DNA of 63,964 nucleotides, filler included, from Polymyxa betae A26-41 (Eukaryota; Protista; Endomyxa: Phytomyxea): NCBI GenBank assembly GCA_003693705.1. It is 6 parts of 6 records of this genome, joined end to end, with 100 filler letters (N's around TTAATTAATTAA, not from the genome) between each part and the next. Parts side by side here need not be neighbours in the genome. Positions count along the whole stretch, not along the records: positions 61,829 to 63,964 come from RBZT01000900.1; 5 more parts are not named here. One strand, 5' to 3'. Shown piece by piece: positions 62,144 to 63,964 of this stretch (position 1 is its first letter; each line of letters starts with the position of its first letter). The notes under the pieces were generated by a model. It saw only the letters and a program-made list of their open reading frames with translations, ran no database searches and was not told where the DNA came from. The position numbers and the translations under genes were made by a program.

Positions 62144-63577
62144 TTACTCGCAATCTTCATCCCCGAATCGATTCCAGATGTAGTCGATTAGCGCTAGTTG
62201 AAGCCGTTTGTGTTCCTGTTTGCTTTGCACCTCACGGATTCGTTGGGCTTGTGATGCTAATGTCGCAGGCATGTCCTGACAGCTTTCTTCAACAACAAAA
62301 GGGTGCTCTGGTTGATAATGTTCATCGCTCTCTATATAATCCGAATCCAAACCATGATCCTGCGCAAATCAACTGAGCTGATGAAGTAAGAGATCCAAAT
62401 TGAAAATACCTTCTCATAATCAATGATGAGGATATGCAGGATTACACAAGCTTTGATTACAGTGGCCATAGCATTCCGATCCCACAGCTCACACGGTTTC
62501 GTCAGAACGTGGAATCTTCTTTGCAGAATGCCGAATGCTCGTTCGATATCTTTACGAACACCTTCTTGTTTCCTAGCAAACAATTTCGTTTTCCTGCTAG
62601 AGGGGTTACGAACGGTTTTCACGATACAAGCATGTTCAGGATAAATTCCATCTCCTAGCCAGTAGGCGAAATTGAATCTCTCACCATTTACTTCAAACTT
62701 GACAGATGGAGACTGGTCATTGATAATATCATGGTAAAGATGCGACCTAGCGATACTTTGGTGATAGGGACGTAAACCGAGAATCATATTACCTATCCAG
62801 CACGTTAATATCATTGAGACATCCGGGAGTTCCGAAGAAGAAGTGCCAAAATCGACAGCTTTTGTCAGCTATGGCTTCCAGAATGATGGTCGGTCCGTCT
62901 TCTTTGCCTGAAGTAAACTGTCCCTGCCATGCCGTCGGGCAATTTTTCCATCGCCAGTGCATGCAATCTAAACTTCCCAAGCAGCCAGGAAACCCTCGAG
63001 ATAAAATTTCCTCCAGAATGCGGTTAATATCGCTTGTAGTTGGCGACCGTAATGCCACGCTGCCATAGATTCGGTCAATGGATTGACAAAATCTTTTGAT
63101 GCACTCCAGAGCGGTAGATTAAGCCATCCTGTAAATGAAACGAACTTCGTTGGCCGAAGCACCGCTTGAAAGGATGCGAATGCTACTGCAAATCTTTTGG
63201 TCAGGTGAAAACCCCAAAAGGTTGGTGCAATCACGCTTCTGGAGGAAATAATCATCGTCTTTGACTACGGCTTCAAGGATCTCGTTGAATAAACCCAACG
63301 GCATCCGGTATAGTTCCTTAAATTCAGAAGGACTATGAACAGGATTCGCTGACCAGTAATCTTCCTTCAGCAGGCGATCGTAAAGTTCGCGTCGCCGAGG
63401 TCTGTTTGGACTACGATCCTTGCCAGCCCGCCTTGAAGAAGAAGAGTACTCCTCGTCGCTGCTTGATTCGGAACTAGAAGCCATAATCATAGGCAAAGAC
63501 GAGAAGCTATCACTTGATATCATCTCCAAATATTGCAGATACGCCTCAATTGCAGCTTCAACGCTTCGCGGGTCCAT
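62144..63577 (-). mobile_element. PIF/Harbinger 'plant transposon protein'-type transposase with two introns; one stop and a frameshift
   Basis: L..DYW..NP...F...YRM...F; GFSPDQK; GFPGCLGSLDCMHWRWKNCPTAWQGQF..PTIILEA..GTPGCLNDINVLDR; YWLGDGIYP; RKDIERAFGILQ. Introns at 62747-62792 and 62360-62409. Confidence 0.93.
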
Positions 63578-63964
63578 TGAAAACAGTTTTTTATATTAGC
63601 AATGGTTGCCCATCCAAGACAATGCATTCGTCCTGAATTAGGTGCCACTAACCATAATCAGGCAATATACACGTTTGGCTTTCAGAATCAAAACCACAAT
63701 ACCCGGGCATCCTACTTTTTTTTAACTTCGCAAATGTCCATTGTATCAGATTTATTAAAAATTACATAAAACTTCTGATTTTCCCAAAAATAGCGTACGC
63801 AGTTTGATGGAACTGCGTCCGCAATAAGACTCGAAGACTGACGCATAAATCTGATGCGTACTAAAGATGCGAACATTGATGAAGTATGAAGACCTACTCT
63901 AATAATATTGGGCTCGACTCCCAGAGGTCCGTACGGACACCGTACGGACTGAGCTGAATGAAGC

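Overview
This is eukaryotic nuclear DNA, not a prokaryotic window. It consists of six unrelated contigs (1-14296, 14397-24364, 24465-34012, 34113-55945, 56046-61728, 61829-63964) joined by artificial 100-bp N44-TTAATTAATTAA-N44 linkers. Short (~45-55 bp) GT-AG introns, moderate GC and scattered TT(T)(T)AGGG motifs suggest a protist, plausibly a phytomyxid/plasmodiophorid plant parasite; this is inference only. Most of the sequence is a graveyard of decayed, often nested transposons: Ty3/Gypsy, Ty1/Copia, hAT, PIF/Harbinger, Mutator/MULE, Crypton, a Tc1/mariner-type MITE and a solo LTR. Host-type genes are two tRNA-Leu(CAG) copies, one long intron-rich helical-repeat gene, a tandem cluster of signal-peptide/TM/RING-H2 E3 ligases and a BTB gene. 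The main finding is an apparently uncharacterised multigene family with 3 genes plus 1 remnant here. Its architecture is signal peptide, intron-rich acidic linker, basic NLS-like motifs, then up to three tandem ~100-aa Cys-containing domains. The same domain occurs once at the C-terminus of the accessory ORF of a hAT-like transposon in this window (37316-37720). These genes are therefore candidate secreted, nucleus-targeted effectors built by amplifying a transposon-derived domain. All gene models and alignments were made by eye.
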